From assembly GCA_009103225.1 (NCBI GenBank), contig RHPI01000810.1:124001-188000 (forward strand): a DNA stretch of 64,000 nt, given 5' to 3'. This document shows positions 49,883 through 61,311 of the stretch, piece after piece; the first letter of the stretch is position 1; every line of letters starts with the position of its first letter. Origin of the DNA: Chlorokybus atmophyticus. Taxonomy: Eukaryota > Plantae > Mesostigma and Chlorokybus algae. The notes under the pieces were generated by a model. That model searched no databases and had not been told where the DNA came from. It saw nothing but the letters and a program-made list of their open reading frames with translations. Made by a program: the position numbers and the translations under genes.

Positions 49883-52597
49883 TCAATGGCATATGCTCCC
49901 GAACTCCACTCCCACTCCCGCTCTCACCGCTTCCCTCGCCTGCCCTGTGGCGATGTGCGCCATCATCCCGAACGCCGCGAGGAACACCCCCGCGAGGATG
50001 AGCACGATCGCGGCCTTGAGCTGGTACTTGGCGACGAGGTGCATGACGAGGGCGACGCCGCAGAGGGACCCCGCGAAGGCGCAGGCGCCGTAGGAGAGGG
50101 AGTATTGGGGGTAGAGGGAACCGGCGATGGCGAATTGAGCGGTGGAAGCGGCGGCGCCTAAGAGGTTGACTAAGGCGGTGGTGCTTGAGACAACCACTGG
50201 GTCCATACGCGCATACACCTGCGAGTTGGGTTTTTTGAACCTCGTGAGGATACTGCCAGACTACCCCGGACAGGACTGTGCCAAGCCCATGTGGGTGACT
50301 GCGTGCATGTGCACGTGTGCGCGCGCTGATGCATATGCATGTGCATGTGCGTGTGCGTGTGAGGAAGAGTAATGATGCTCAGCACGCCAGAGCAATTGCA
50401 TGCATGCATTTCTTGCAACTGGTACAGTTGTTATTGATGTTGCGGATGTTGTATGCAGTGATCGGGAGTTTAGGCGGAATGATCAAGCATGTTGTAACGC
50501 GAGCAGCATAACAAGATGTACGTACCAGCAATAATGGGAGTAGGAGGGTGGCGCCGCCCAGGCCCAGTAGAGCAGCAAGGACGCCAACGACCACAGCGTA
50601 CGAGGGGTAGATTGCGCAGTCCCGTGTCGTCCACTTGACATCGCGGTACTCCCCCGCGATGGGAGCGTCGTCGTACCAGGTGTAACCCCCCACCCTCTGC
50701 TTCACCTCCGCCCAACGCGCAGCACGTGCCATGCACAGCCCGCACACTAGCGCCAACAACACCTGGAGGAAGAGGTGGAACACGCAGCACTAGTCAGTAT
50801 GCATGTGTGCACGTGTGCAGCCTTTTGAGTGTAAAGTTACGCAATCGAACAAGACTGTACACACGCCCACGCACACATACATGTGCTTTAACACTTTCAT
50901 GTGGAGATTTGATCAATTGATCAAGACTGCGTGTTTACCTCTTGCAGCACGAGCAGCAACCAGAACTCCCAACTGCACGCGTGCACACCGATGATGCTTG
51001 GCTTTCTCCGACTGCACGCACAACAAGAACACCAACATCATCTACTGACACCCACAGCGTCTAGTTCACGTGTGCATGTCACACACAGGACGCACCTCCC
51101 GCGCAGGAGCGACAGCACGAACACGGCAACCCACGCCACAAGCAGCAACACTGCCGTAAAGGCCGGAACCGTGTGCGACTCCCTCTCAACAACATCCTGC
51201 AACGTGCGCACGCCGCGCGCGGGATCAACGCATCCCAACAACACACTACCCGCCCAGGGACTGTCCATGAGCAAAGCATCGCCATTTCCAACGAGCGGGA
51301 CAGAGTCCAACATCTGCTTCGTGTCCTCCTCCTCCCCACACATACCGACACAACTAGTAATACTTTCGTGATGTTCAGAAGAAGCTATCACCACGGTGAA
51401 TGTCTTGAAGTCCAACGTAGCGGCCTCGATATCACCGGCGCCGGCACGAGGGGTGCCTCCAATATCGATCCTTCTCTCCAGCTTCGGCGGCTTGGTGATG
51501 ATGGTGATATCGGCTATGCCGGTGATGTCGGCAATGCGCGTGTTGTGTTTCCTTCGTGCGCGGAGTTGAGCTGCACACCCGCACGCGCCCGTGCTAAGCG
51601 CTTGCACGGCGAGGGCCGCGAGGAGGAGGGCAAGCAGCCAGGAAGTGACAAAATGAGGCAGGAGCTGCGTGATGAGGGAGTGTGTTAGTGATGTGTGGTG
51701 AGATGTTGGGGTGGGGTGCATGTGAATGGGTGGGTGGGTTCACGTGCCTGTGATAGGAACACGCCGAAGGTGGTGCCGGCGAGGAATGCCGGCACGAGCA
51801 CGGAGGCCAGCTCCCAGTCGATGCGGGGGGCGTGCGTGCGGAAGGGATGCTTGCGCCGTGCATGGTAGCTGTGGGCGAGTGTGCGAATGGTGTGAGTGTT
51901 GATGCACATGTCCGTATGCGCTCGTGCATGTGTGCGTGGGCGTGGGCGTGGATGTGGTGGGTGTGGGTGTGGGTACTCTCGCATGTATGCGCGTGCATGC
52001 GTGTGCATGCACTCGGGCATGCCAGAGTACTTGCGCGTCTGTGTTCTAGGTGTTCTAGGTGTTCTAGGTGTCTTCGTCTGTGTCATGGGGAGATCATGTG
52101 TTGTTCACCCACGTTGTGGTTCTTACCCTAGGGAGGCGAGCACGCCGGCAAAGATGAGTGGCTGCGCGTTGGCAGCAGCCTCAGGGGCAGTGAGCCCCGC
52201 AGCGAGGAGAAATAGGGGGACGAAGAGGATGCCGCCGCCGACCCCGCCCGCATTGCTCAGCCCCGCCGCGAGCCACACCGCCAATCCCAATGCAACCTGT
52301 TGTGTACATGAACGTCATACCAAAATCTCGTTCCCACATCAACAATTGCGTTGCACATGCATGCGCGCATACAACATTATCAACCTCAACCCCTACCTTG
52401 ACGAGTGTGATAGGCAGCAGTGAGTGCTCATCGCTGTAGCCGTCGTTGTTGTCGCCATCAATGCTGTTGTCGTCATCGTTGATGTGGCTGGCGTGTGCGG
52501 TATGGATGCACGTAACAAGCAGGCAGCTTGCTAGCAACACCGACAACAACAGCGGTGACGCCGACAGCGAGGATCGCCCGTGCAGACGTGACCTCAT
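49883..52597 (-). CDS. Sulfite exporter TauE/SafE family membrane protein (plant type), multi-exon
   Basis: Signal peptide, AAGLSNAGGVGGGILFVPL, HPFRTHAPRIDWELASVLVP, ALLGLGGATLLLPLLL, MDPVVVSSTTALVNLLGAAASTAQF. Confidence 0.9.
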
Positions 52598-53099
52598 AGC
52601 AGTGAGCACACAAAGTGCTTGATTGTACAGCACCGCAGCATGTTTTGCGATGCTCAATCACTGACGATTTTCGATCATCCCCCTGCGTGTGCACACTATG
52701 AATCAGCACCCACGCAACCAGCAATCAGCAACCGTCAGAGTCAAAGACAGTGACCTATGGTTGATTGTGGTTCAGCAACCAAGCAACTGCGTGGTCGTTG
52801 TCAATCGTTGATCAAACCTATGCTGGGCACTACTTAGTGAGTCCAATTTTAGGTGACAGCATACCGCCGAGACAGTCGCACAAACCACCGACTAGGTGCC
52901 TAAACAGAAGCATACCAGAAGCAGGCAGCGGCGGCAGCTTCTAGACCGTTCCCACACGACGAGCACCAGCACCAGCAGAAGCAGTCTGTGCGATCCAACA
53001 CGCAACGCGCCCCCACACAGTCCACGCCAACCGGACCCGCCAGCAGCTTCACACCCTCAGCGGCGGCGGCGGTTTGACTGATCAGTCAGTGCTGTTCTG

Positions 53100-56050
53100 C
53101 ACAGCCGAGAGAGAGAGAGACGAGACAGGCACAGGCAGAGGGACGGACAGTGGCGACAGACTTTGCGATGCGATGTGTACCAAACAGGGGGCACGAAACT
53201 TTTTGCCGCGCAGTCTACGACACGAGAAACTTTCGCCGCCGCAAGATCGCGTGGGGACCTGACTCACATCAAATTTTTGTCATGAAGTCGATTTCGCTTT
53301 GGGGAAAACTTTTGGGCGCCACTTCGAGGAGAGAGTCCTGGACGCTGACAGCCGACGTCAGCGTCGTCAGATTGCCATGACGAGGGGGGGAGTGGCGCCC
53401 TGCCTGAGTTGACCAGATTTTGTGCTCCGAGAGTGGCGGGAAGATCGACGCGACCCCTCTGCTCGAACACGCATAAACGCGCACAGACGCATTGGCCAGT
53501 GATGTTTCACGTACATACGGTGTTTATCGGTCGATGTTGCCCCTGGGGAAGTTGTAGTATGCTCCCCCCCTCCGCCGCCCCCCTGTGATTGTACTTGTGC
53601 ATAAGCAGTACATGAACATATTATAGAGTCGCCTCAATGTCTTTGCATATGCATATATACTCAAACCTCCTTCCAAGCCCATCATCAATGTGAAGTTTTG
53701 ATGTGCATACACCAACATACCATGATCTATACCTTATACACCAAGGTGCGCTTTCTTCAATCTGTGCACGATGTGCTTACAACGCAATTCCCTTATTGCA
53801 TGCACATTGTATAAGGGACCATCCACCGGGAGCTTAATGCTTGTATGTCAACATAATATCCATAANTTACCTACAAATAATGACATATTTAGGCGATTGG
53901 CCATTATTTAGGCGAAAGTGATTGAATGTATAAGATGCGCTCACATAAAATGTATAAAGTTAAAAATGATGTTGAAGTAATATAATTGTAGCACATTCCG
54001 CAGCCATACGTAAGTGTAATAACAGCGTTTTGACCATGAGACTATGGCAACCAGAGTCGCTGCCATACTGGGAGCCGCACACCTTTGATACATATAACAC
54101 GCGTTTCAGTCGGGTATCGTAGCAAAAAGCGGTATGACAAAGGCAGGTGTAAGGGTTGTATGAATCATTATGATTATGATTACTTTTCTTTCTTATTATC
54201 AAGCAATGGGTTACTATTACATGTTCACAACGACAACTCGAGGCTGCACGTTGGCATCCCGCTGCGGCTATTGCCATCATACTGACATGGTACGATGATC
54301 TTTTGCAAGGCGTACGCAGAACTACACATGCTGCAACCCATATGTCAACGTTCATAACTATTCACATAAAACACAATCGCACCTCCCCGACCATTCGCAC
54401 GCAACAAGCTTCAATCACGTGCATGCCCCGAGCTTGCGATACAACAATGTAACAACCATCTCAGTCATTGTAGCAAAAAGCGCTACGATATGAGATGCAA
54501 CGGTCTTTTCATATAAAGTGTGGACAAAGCAGTGAACACGCGTAAACGCCGGGCGTTTGCCTCACCTGCGCCTCCAATGCTAAGAGCATGTGTCATACAT
54601 GCTATGTTGTATTCGTATGTGTTCAGATGTATGTCCCTGCACACATACATGAACGCACGCATACGTCTACAACATCACAACATGTGTTGTATTTTGATAC
54701 AATAATGTTAAGAAAACCGTGTGTGTAAGTTTTGCATATAATGTAATATGCCAAACAGAGTTTAACAGATAAAGAATAAACAGTAACATGCTTATTCAAT
54801 TGACTGTTTATTTTGCCTTTTGCTGAATTTAACACCGCAGCATGCTTACAATTGATTGCTTATATTATGATTATTTTATTTATGTTATACATAGTATATT
54901 AAATCTTGTATACGCCGATCAATGTCTTCAAGTGTAAGTACAAAACTTGCGTATCAATCTCATGAGTTTCGTACTTATAATCGAAGGTACGTATACGTAA
55001 TGCGTAATGTTTGAGTCATGGACATCAAATGAAACATAAATACTTTGCATTTGTGCCCATAGCTATGATATAAGACTTATAACACATGTAGCCCTTAATT
55101 ACGCAGAATGGTTGAAAATATCATTGCAAGTTAAAGCATATATTCTTACCCGCTTGCGGCTACTTGCGAGACATCTTTGTTTAATGTAAAATATGTAACA
55201 TTCACTTTGTCATGTTGCATTGTTGTTGCGGCAATGTCAAATTTGCGCGAGTCATAAATGCAAAAAAACGTTTAAATTGGTAAAGAAGTTACTTGCAAGT
55301 TTTGGGTTATATAACCTGATTATATAGCATATCGTATTGACCCGTATAGAAGCCTCCTCTATTACAAGCCACCTTAACAACTATAATGCCGCTTAATGTG
55401 GATTCAGTTAAGAAGGGCTTAACAAGCATTAGAATACACAACCTCTCATGGTAGCGACTTTTGCTACCATGGCCTACTTGTATTCGGCCAAGCCCCGCGT
55501 ACATTAATTACGGAGCAAGCCCTGCCGTTTACAAAGGACCAAGATGTGCAGGTAAAGTCATGGTTAAAGCCGGGTTAAATGCAATACCGATTAATGTACA
55601 TCAGGCTAATGCAGGGCTTATGCAGCATAAATAAGCAATACACAACCTCTCATGGTAGCGACTGTTGCTACCATGGCCAAATCGGCTAAACCCCGCGTTA
55701 CAGCAACAAAAGGTAGGGGGCTTTTGTAAAACATGATCTTATATGCTTAATTACAAGCTCTCAATAAATAAAAGAGGGGAGCTGATGTATAAAACGGGGC
55801 TGATGTACGAGTAAGTACGGCATGTTGGATAGTTAATACAATCGATACAAGCATGCGACATAATACATATACATTTTTGTACTAGTTAATACCGCAGCTC
55901 TTGTCAAAGAGGCAATGCCATTCTGAGTGACAACTCAGGTAATTTGCAAAAGCAGCTTTGTTATTATCTCACCACAATGCCGGCTATCCAAGCACAGAAT
56001 GTCATTGATTAAGACATTAGGATGGTAAACTGTGTAAAAAGCTAGCACAT
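53100..56050. mobile_element. Putative non-autonomous element or foreign AT-rich island with repeated dyad motifs; boundaries undefined
   Basis: Abrupt AT-rich, ORF-poor 53860-56050. Related palindromes at 54043, 54116, 54467, 55447 and 55651. GC-rich left flank with AAACTTT repeats. No TIR or TSD confirmed. Confidence 0.4.
53583..53858. repeat. 276-bp direct repeat, copy 2, followed 8 bp later by a single N (53866)
   Basis: Identical by eye to 47525-47800. Confidence 0.95.
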
Positions 56051-57121
56051 GAGAGCAATGCCACGCAGTCGCTATACCGCTGGCACATTGGAGATGCGCG
56101 ATCGCGGCATGTCATCGTCGGGCGTTCCCTCAGCCACGTCACACAGGCTTAGCTCTCTTTCCATTCAGGCAGTTGTAGTGTCGACTGGACCTGCCGTACA
56201 TCACAAGGGCTGCAAACCGACGCTGATTGGCGATCGGATGTTCCCCTTCCCAATCAATGGCGATCTATTCAGTCATCATGCCTTGTTGGCCGCTGCTCGA
56301 CCGGTGGCAGCCCGTAACCGCTGGTACGCCCCGGTGCCCACATGTCTCTGGTGTGAGCTTTGGTCGGTGGAGTGTCCGGTACATAATTTGTGTGGGTGGA
56401 AAATGGGGCGGAAAATCTGCCGGCTGGGATTGAGGAGGGAAGGTATTCCCATGTTCCAAATGGCGATGCATAAGTCACGACTGTAACGGTTGCGCGGCCC
56501 AAACTCGTGCGGCCCGCTCGCTCCCGCATTGCGCGCAATCGGCGCGCAAACGGCAAGCAGCCAGACGTGCAAAATTGCGCGGTCTCAACATGATCCCAAA
56601 CCGAGTTGTCACAAGCTTGCCTTTTGGATTATCGCGTGTCGCGTCGGTTCATGTTTGGCCCCCCGCCTTGTTACGATTGCCGCTACCGGCTCTTGCGAGC
56701 TCGTCATCGGTCAAGTCCCTAAAGCTGGGTTTTGGGGTGCCATGTCTCAAGTGGCACTCTCATGTTCTCAGCGTTCCTGATGAGCCGAAGTTATGGGGCG
56801 TGCCCGGTACCTCTGTGTGTCGTATACATGTAATGCGACTCGCAAGGCACATTGGTACTCCATGAAACTCGCATTCGTGGCAAGTGGGGCTGTACTTCAC
56901 ACTGTACGGCAGAAGGAAAAGCAGGTCAAGGCGCAAAATACAGTGGGTTTAACTGGCCCAGGCAAGCCGCCAGCCAGTTTAATGGACTGCTGTGTCGGTT
57001 TGCGCTGCAGCGGTGCAAGACGGATTTTGCGGGGAAAGCGCGGTTAGCAATTGCCATGGCGAGCACGACCTTGCTCGGTAAAGTAACCGCCGCTACTAAC
57101 CGATGTCAAGGACGCTCCGTG

Positions 57122-57156
57122 TTAGGGTTTTTCGCCCCATATGTCCAAAACCCTAG
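57122..57156. promoter_or_regulatory. Inverted pair of teloboxes upstream of the GRF gene
   Basis: TTAGGGTTT 57122-57130 and AAACCCTAG 57148-57156. Similar teloboxes at 25352-25360 and 38884-38892, upstream of other gene starts. Confidence 0.55.
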
Positions 57157-58074
57157 CTCAAGCGCGCGTAACCCTACGTTGCAACACCTGGCCAGCACTG
57201 GCTTGAGAACTCCGCGGCGGCAGTAGGGTGGGCTAGAGGCGGCGAAAGAAGGGCGGCGGCGGCGGCGGCGGCGGCGGCGGGGGAGGACGGGGAGGCGGCG
57301 AGAGCTGTGGCGGCTAGGGTGGACGTCGCCGGCATTGTTGGTTGACGCGGGCAGGGTGGGTGGCTTGACCGCCCGGCGGCATTGGATGGCGTCTGGCTAG
57401 ACCGCCGCACGCAGCGGGTTATGACGGCAGGTCCCGGCGGGGCTTATGAGGGGCAGACCGTGCAGCGACGCCGGGCCTGTCGCCCATGAGCCCCGCTGTG
57501 CGCGCTTCAGCATCCTCCACTGTCATTGAGGTATGCTGTGGCCATCGCTGTAGTTCTCAGCCTTCGTTGCTCTGGCCTTGTTCGGCGGGTTCTCGGCCTT
57601 CGCCGTGCCGTGGCCATAGCTCTGGTTGACGGTTGGTTTGTGCATGGGACTGCCGGCTGCACATGTGCTTGTCGTCTTTGTGCGGTGGGTTTCCTCGGCA
57701 ACGTCTACCAGTCTCGCTTCTGTGCTCTCTTCGTAAAGGACGGACTGTGCTCTGATTTTGCGTGCTGGTGTTGGCATTCATGAGTCTTTGTTTTGCTTTT
57801 GTTGCTTTGTGCGTGTATACAAGTCCATCCCGCAGCACTTATGGGCACCTTGTGCGATGCTGTGCAAAACGCTGGTTGCTTGGAGGCAACGTAGGGCTGG
57901 CGTCCATGGGGACGTTGCCAAGGGCCCCCGTGGGTTGGTGTTGATCATGCGACTCATAAGTGGTTGCCTTGTTACCAATTTGTAATACTGGCTGGCAGGG
58001 TTGCTGTTTTAGCTGGACGCAATCCTGCAGAACTTGCGGTAGCAGAGGCACTCTTGCAGCTGAAACCACCTGCC

Positions 58075-60590
58075 ATGGAGGCGCCGCTGGCTCCAGGCAA
58101 CTTCTTATGGCAAGGTCCTACAGGTGAGGCCCAGGTGGTTTCATTATTGCACCAAACAGCAGTCTTGCGTCTCGAGCTGCCGCATAGCGCTAAAGTGCTG
58201 CTACTGTCATCATGTATATTGGTAGCATTTTGCTGGCTGCAGTTGGACAGTAAGATTGAGACATACTACAGGGGCTGCTGGGCATGGACCTATGACCACC
58301 ATTACCTTTGGCAAGGCCAAAAGTTATGGTGTGGAGCCAGCATTTGGCAAATCCGAGCACAGCACTGGTGATGGTCAGTATTCTGGTGGCGCGCTGCTTC
58401 GCAAGGATCAGCAGAGGCAGTTGCAGGTGCAGATGCTCATCTACAAGTATATCGTCTCCAACGCACCAGTACCTCCGGAGCTGCTAGCGTTATTGCCCGG
58501 CGCGAAGCATCATCCAAGCCATGGTGCGGAAAGAAGCAATCACCGCTTGCAGCGAATGCCATCTGCAAGTGAGGGTGGGGCGCCGCATCGCTCCAGTGCA
58601 ATGAGCGCGGGACCGGCATGGGATCTAGCCAGTCATCAGCAACAACAACGGAGGAGCCACCGTGCGACATCTGGTTTTTCTGCCGAACTCCTTGCCTCTG
58701 ATACTTCCGCAACTCGGTGCCGTCGCACAGATGGTGGGCACATGTGCTTGCTGAGCAGCTGTGGCGTATATTCCTGATGTTGGAAGTTTGGTCCTGTTTG
58801 GTCCATTAAATGGGTGTGGATTGGTCGATTGCCCTTGCTGTTCATTGGTGCCAGTTTACATATGCACCATATGCTGGACAGGGCTATCAAAACTTACCGC
58901 AGCTCGCATATTCATTGTCACGAATAGGTAAAAGATGGCGCTGTTCGAGGGAAGTGATGCCAGACCAAAAGTATTGCATTCTTCACATACATCGCGGAAA
59001 GCACCGAGATAGACGAGGGGATCAGAGCATGTCCCATGCCCCATCACTCGAGGATTCCCTAGTCTCGCCAACAGCATCTGTGATGTCTATTGGCATGAAG
59101 ACAATGTCAGAGCCTGTACACAGACCACAGATTGAAAGTCCTGCAGCACGCATCAGCAGTCATAATGAGAATATGGCTGCGCAGCTCCATTCCCTTGTGA
59201 GTTTGCATGTTTGTGACCTGCATAGCGGATGTAAAAGTGTGGTGTCTGCAGATGATGCGTGCTCAATCCGTTTCCTTGACAGGATCGCACATTTAACAGG
59301 CTGGACTCCAAAACCATGCCCAACAACACAGGAGATGTCATCTCCCATTACCACCGCGTATCACCGGCTGGTCTTTGGGGTGCTGTTGAGCCCCAGGAGG
59401 GCGGGCCATTCATCAACTTTGACCTTGGCTTCGAGGAGCCCTTTTCAAGGGTACCCGATTTCCTTAATGAGGACCCTGTGAAATGCTCAGAGGGCGACAG
59501 CCAGGATGCAAGGCCCTGGGGAACGTCCAAACCCAAACTGCCTTCTTCTGGAAGACCATTGGTGCCATTTCCAACCTCTACCGCACAGGCGCGCCCTCTG
59601 CGCCATTCGTTTGACGAATCTGCAAGATTGGCCAATCTTGCACTGCAGCCTGACCCGCTGTTGGATGCGTCACCACCCTACCTGTCTGGGGACTGTGTCC
59701 AAGAGTACATTACCTCCCTGCAAACAGCTGCTCAAGAGGCAAAACACCAAGTAGCAACCACTCGAGGCAGACCTCCAAGACACTCCATTGAACTTGGCAT
59801 GCTCCCTATGGCTCGTGCGACGACGCCGCAGTGGCCACCTGTCACTGACTGGCGGCCTTTCCCTGAGCCGTCTACCTCGCAGGCGGTATCCATGAGCGTG
59901 GATACGCGGTCCACAGGCAAAGGTCCTGGCGCAAACAGAGGGGTTTGGGGTCATGACTGGGAAGTGACAAGCAGTCCACTTGCGGAGGTGCTCATAGGAC
60001 CGCACACTGCGGCACTTGCACAGCGACCTGAGACACTTGGCGCAAATGGCATGCTTCACCAAACGAGGCATGCAGAAGCACCTGCTGCAGGTGCTGCGTC
60101 TGCAGGGGATGACGGGGAGTTCAACAGTGGCTATCGCCCACTGCCTCCCACCAGCAACGGTGGACACAGGGGACTGGAAGCCTTCACAAATGACGATGAG
60201 TTGGGGATCTGGGCTGATGTTTTTGGTATGCCCGAAGGAATGGAGCCCATCCCCTTGCAGTCTGAGCAGTATCGGCAGCGATATGATGCCTCTAACCTAG
60301 GTACGTACAGCGGTTCCCAATGCTTCATGGCTGTTGCCACTTGCTCAGTCATGCTGGTTTGCTCAGTCATGCTGGTTTGCTCACCAGAGTACTTCTGGCT
60401 GGCAGGTCTGTCTCATATACTGGAAGGTGTAGCTCCTAGAAAGAAGCGCCGCAGTAGCGACGCAGGTCGCAGCATAGACAACCCTATCCTTGGCGGTGAT
60501 GATGAGGCAACGTCGGTTGGCAGGTTTGCTCAATACAGACCCACACCCAACTGGAATTCTGGAGACTGTAGATCACCTACTGGAGGTTAG
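58075..60590 (+). CDS. GRF: Growth-regulating factor (QLQ + WRC domains), multi-exon
   Basis: QLQ: DQQRQLQVQMLIYKYIVSNAPVPPELL. WRC split by intron 58734-58928: RCRRTD|GKRWRCSREVMPDQKYCILHIHRGKHR (C-x9-C-x10-C-x2-H). GCCATGG start context at 58075. Confidence 0.9.
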
Positions 60591-61311
60591 GGCGGTTGAT
60601 GGTTGTCAGTTGTTGTTTGTAGATTCAGTGCCGAATAAAGTGGTAAGCCCACCTGGAGCGTGTCCCGCCATCAATTGTATTTGATTAGGCATGGACATGT
60701 CGGGGGCTGCAGTTGTTGCCAGTGCTTGTAAATAGAGTTTGCAAGTTGGCTGGTGGAGCAGCAGTTGTGCTCTTTGCTTGTCAATCAACCGCACTGGTAG
60801 AAGCTTCTTTTTTTTTTTTTGGTTAGATTGAGGCAGCGCTGCTGCTGCTCGATTTGTTTATACAACCACGAGAATCTGTATCCACTTCTACTCCGCAATT
60901 TGTTGTGTACCAGTTGGCCTGCTCGTTTGTTTTCAATAAGCATACATTAATATCGCTGTTAGCTAACTGTTGGGTCTCACGCAACTGCAAGGTTTACCAA
61001 TCAGTGAATCCTGCACTTGTGTTATAATGCCCGCGAAGTGCGAGCATAGCCAGCATTATGCATGCTGGCTATCAATGCAGATTGCTAGGATTGCTATGCA
61101 AGAAACCAAAAACGGCATGATTGGAAAACCATAATGATGCAGTATCTACACGATTACAGTACCCCAGCGCAATGCATTACTAATGACTATACGCTCTCTT
61201 TAGGAGAGGGGGAAGGAGTATTGGGTAAATACAGGCGGTCTGCAACATGCACAATGTAAGCTACACTGTACTTCTGCGCTTCGTAGCAGTTCATTTTGCC
61301 CCCCGGCGAGG

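Noticed and set aside
53268-53282. Sm-site-like AATTTTTG, and USE-like TCCCACATC at 52332
   Set aside because: No snRNA structure or correctly spaced TATA. The USE-like hit is inside a TauE intron on the opposite strand.
53535-53582. Helitron-like 3' end (short GC hairpin then GTAG)
   Set aside because: The hairpin is only about 4 bp and the terminus is not CTRR. Unsupported.
53150-56850. Degenerate TIR between about 53150-53200 and 56795-56850
   Set aside because: Only scattered 5-7-nt matches; no TSD seen.
56776-56880. CTGATGAG hammerhead-like core, plus other CTGANGA hits near the PLEs
   Set aside because: No stem II/GAAA/stem III arrangement could be folded. Chlamys-type PLEs are reported to lack canonical hammerheads.
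60341-60383. 18-bp tandem repeat in the last GRF intron, and 9-bp GTGTTCTAG x3 in a TauE intron (52041-52067)
   Set aside because: Ordinary intronic slippage repeats with no evident function.
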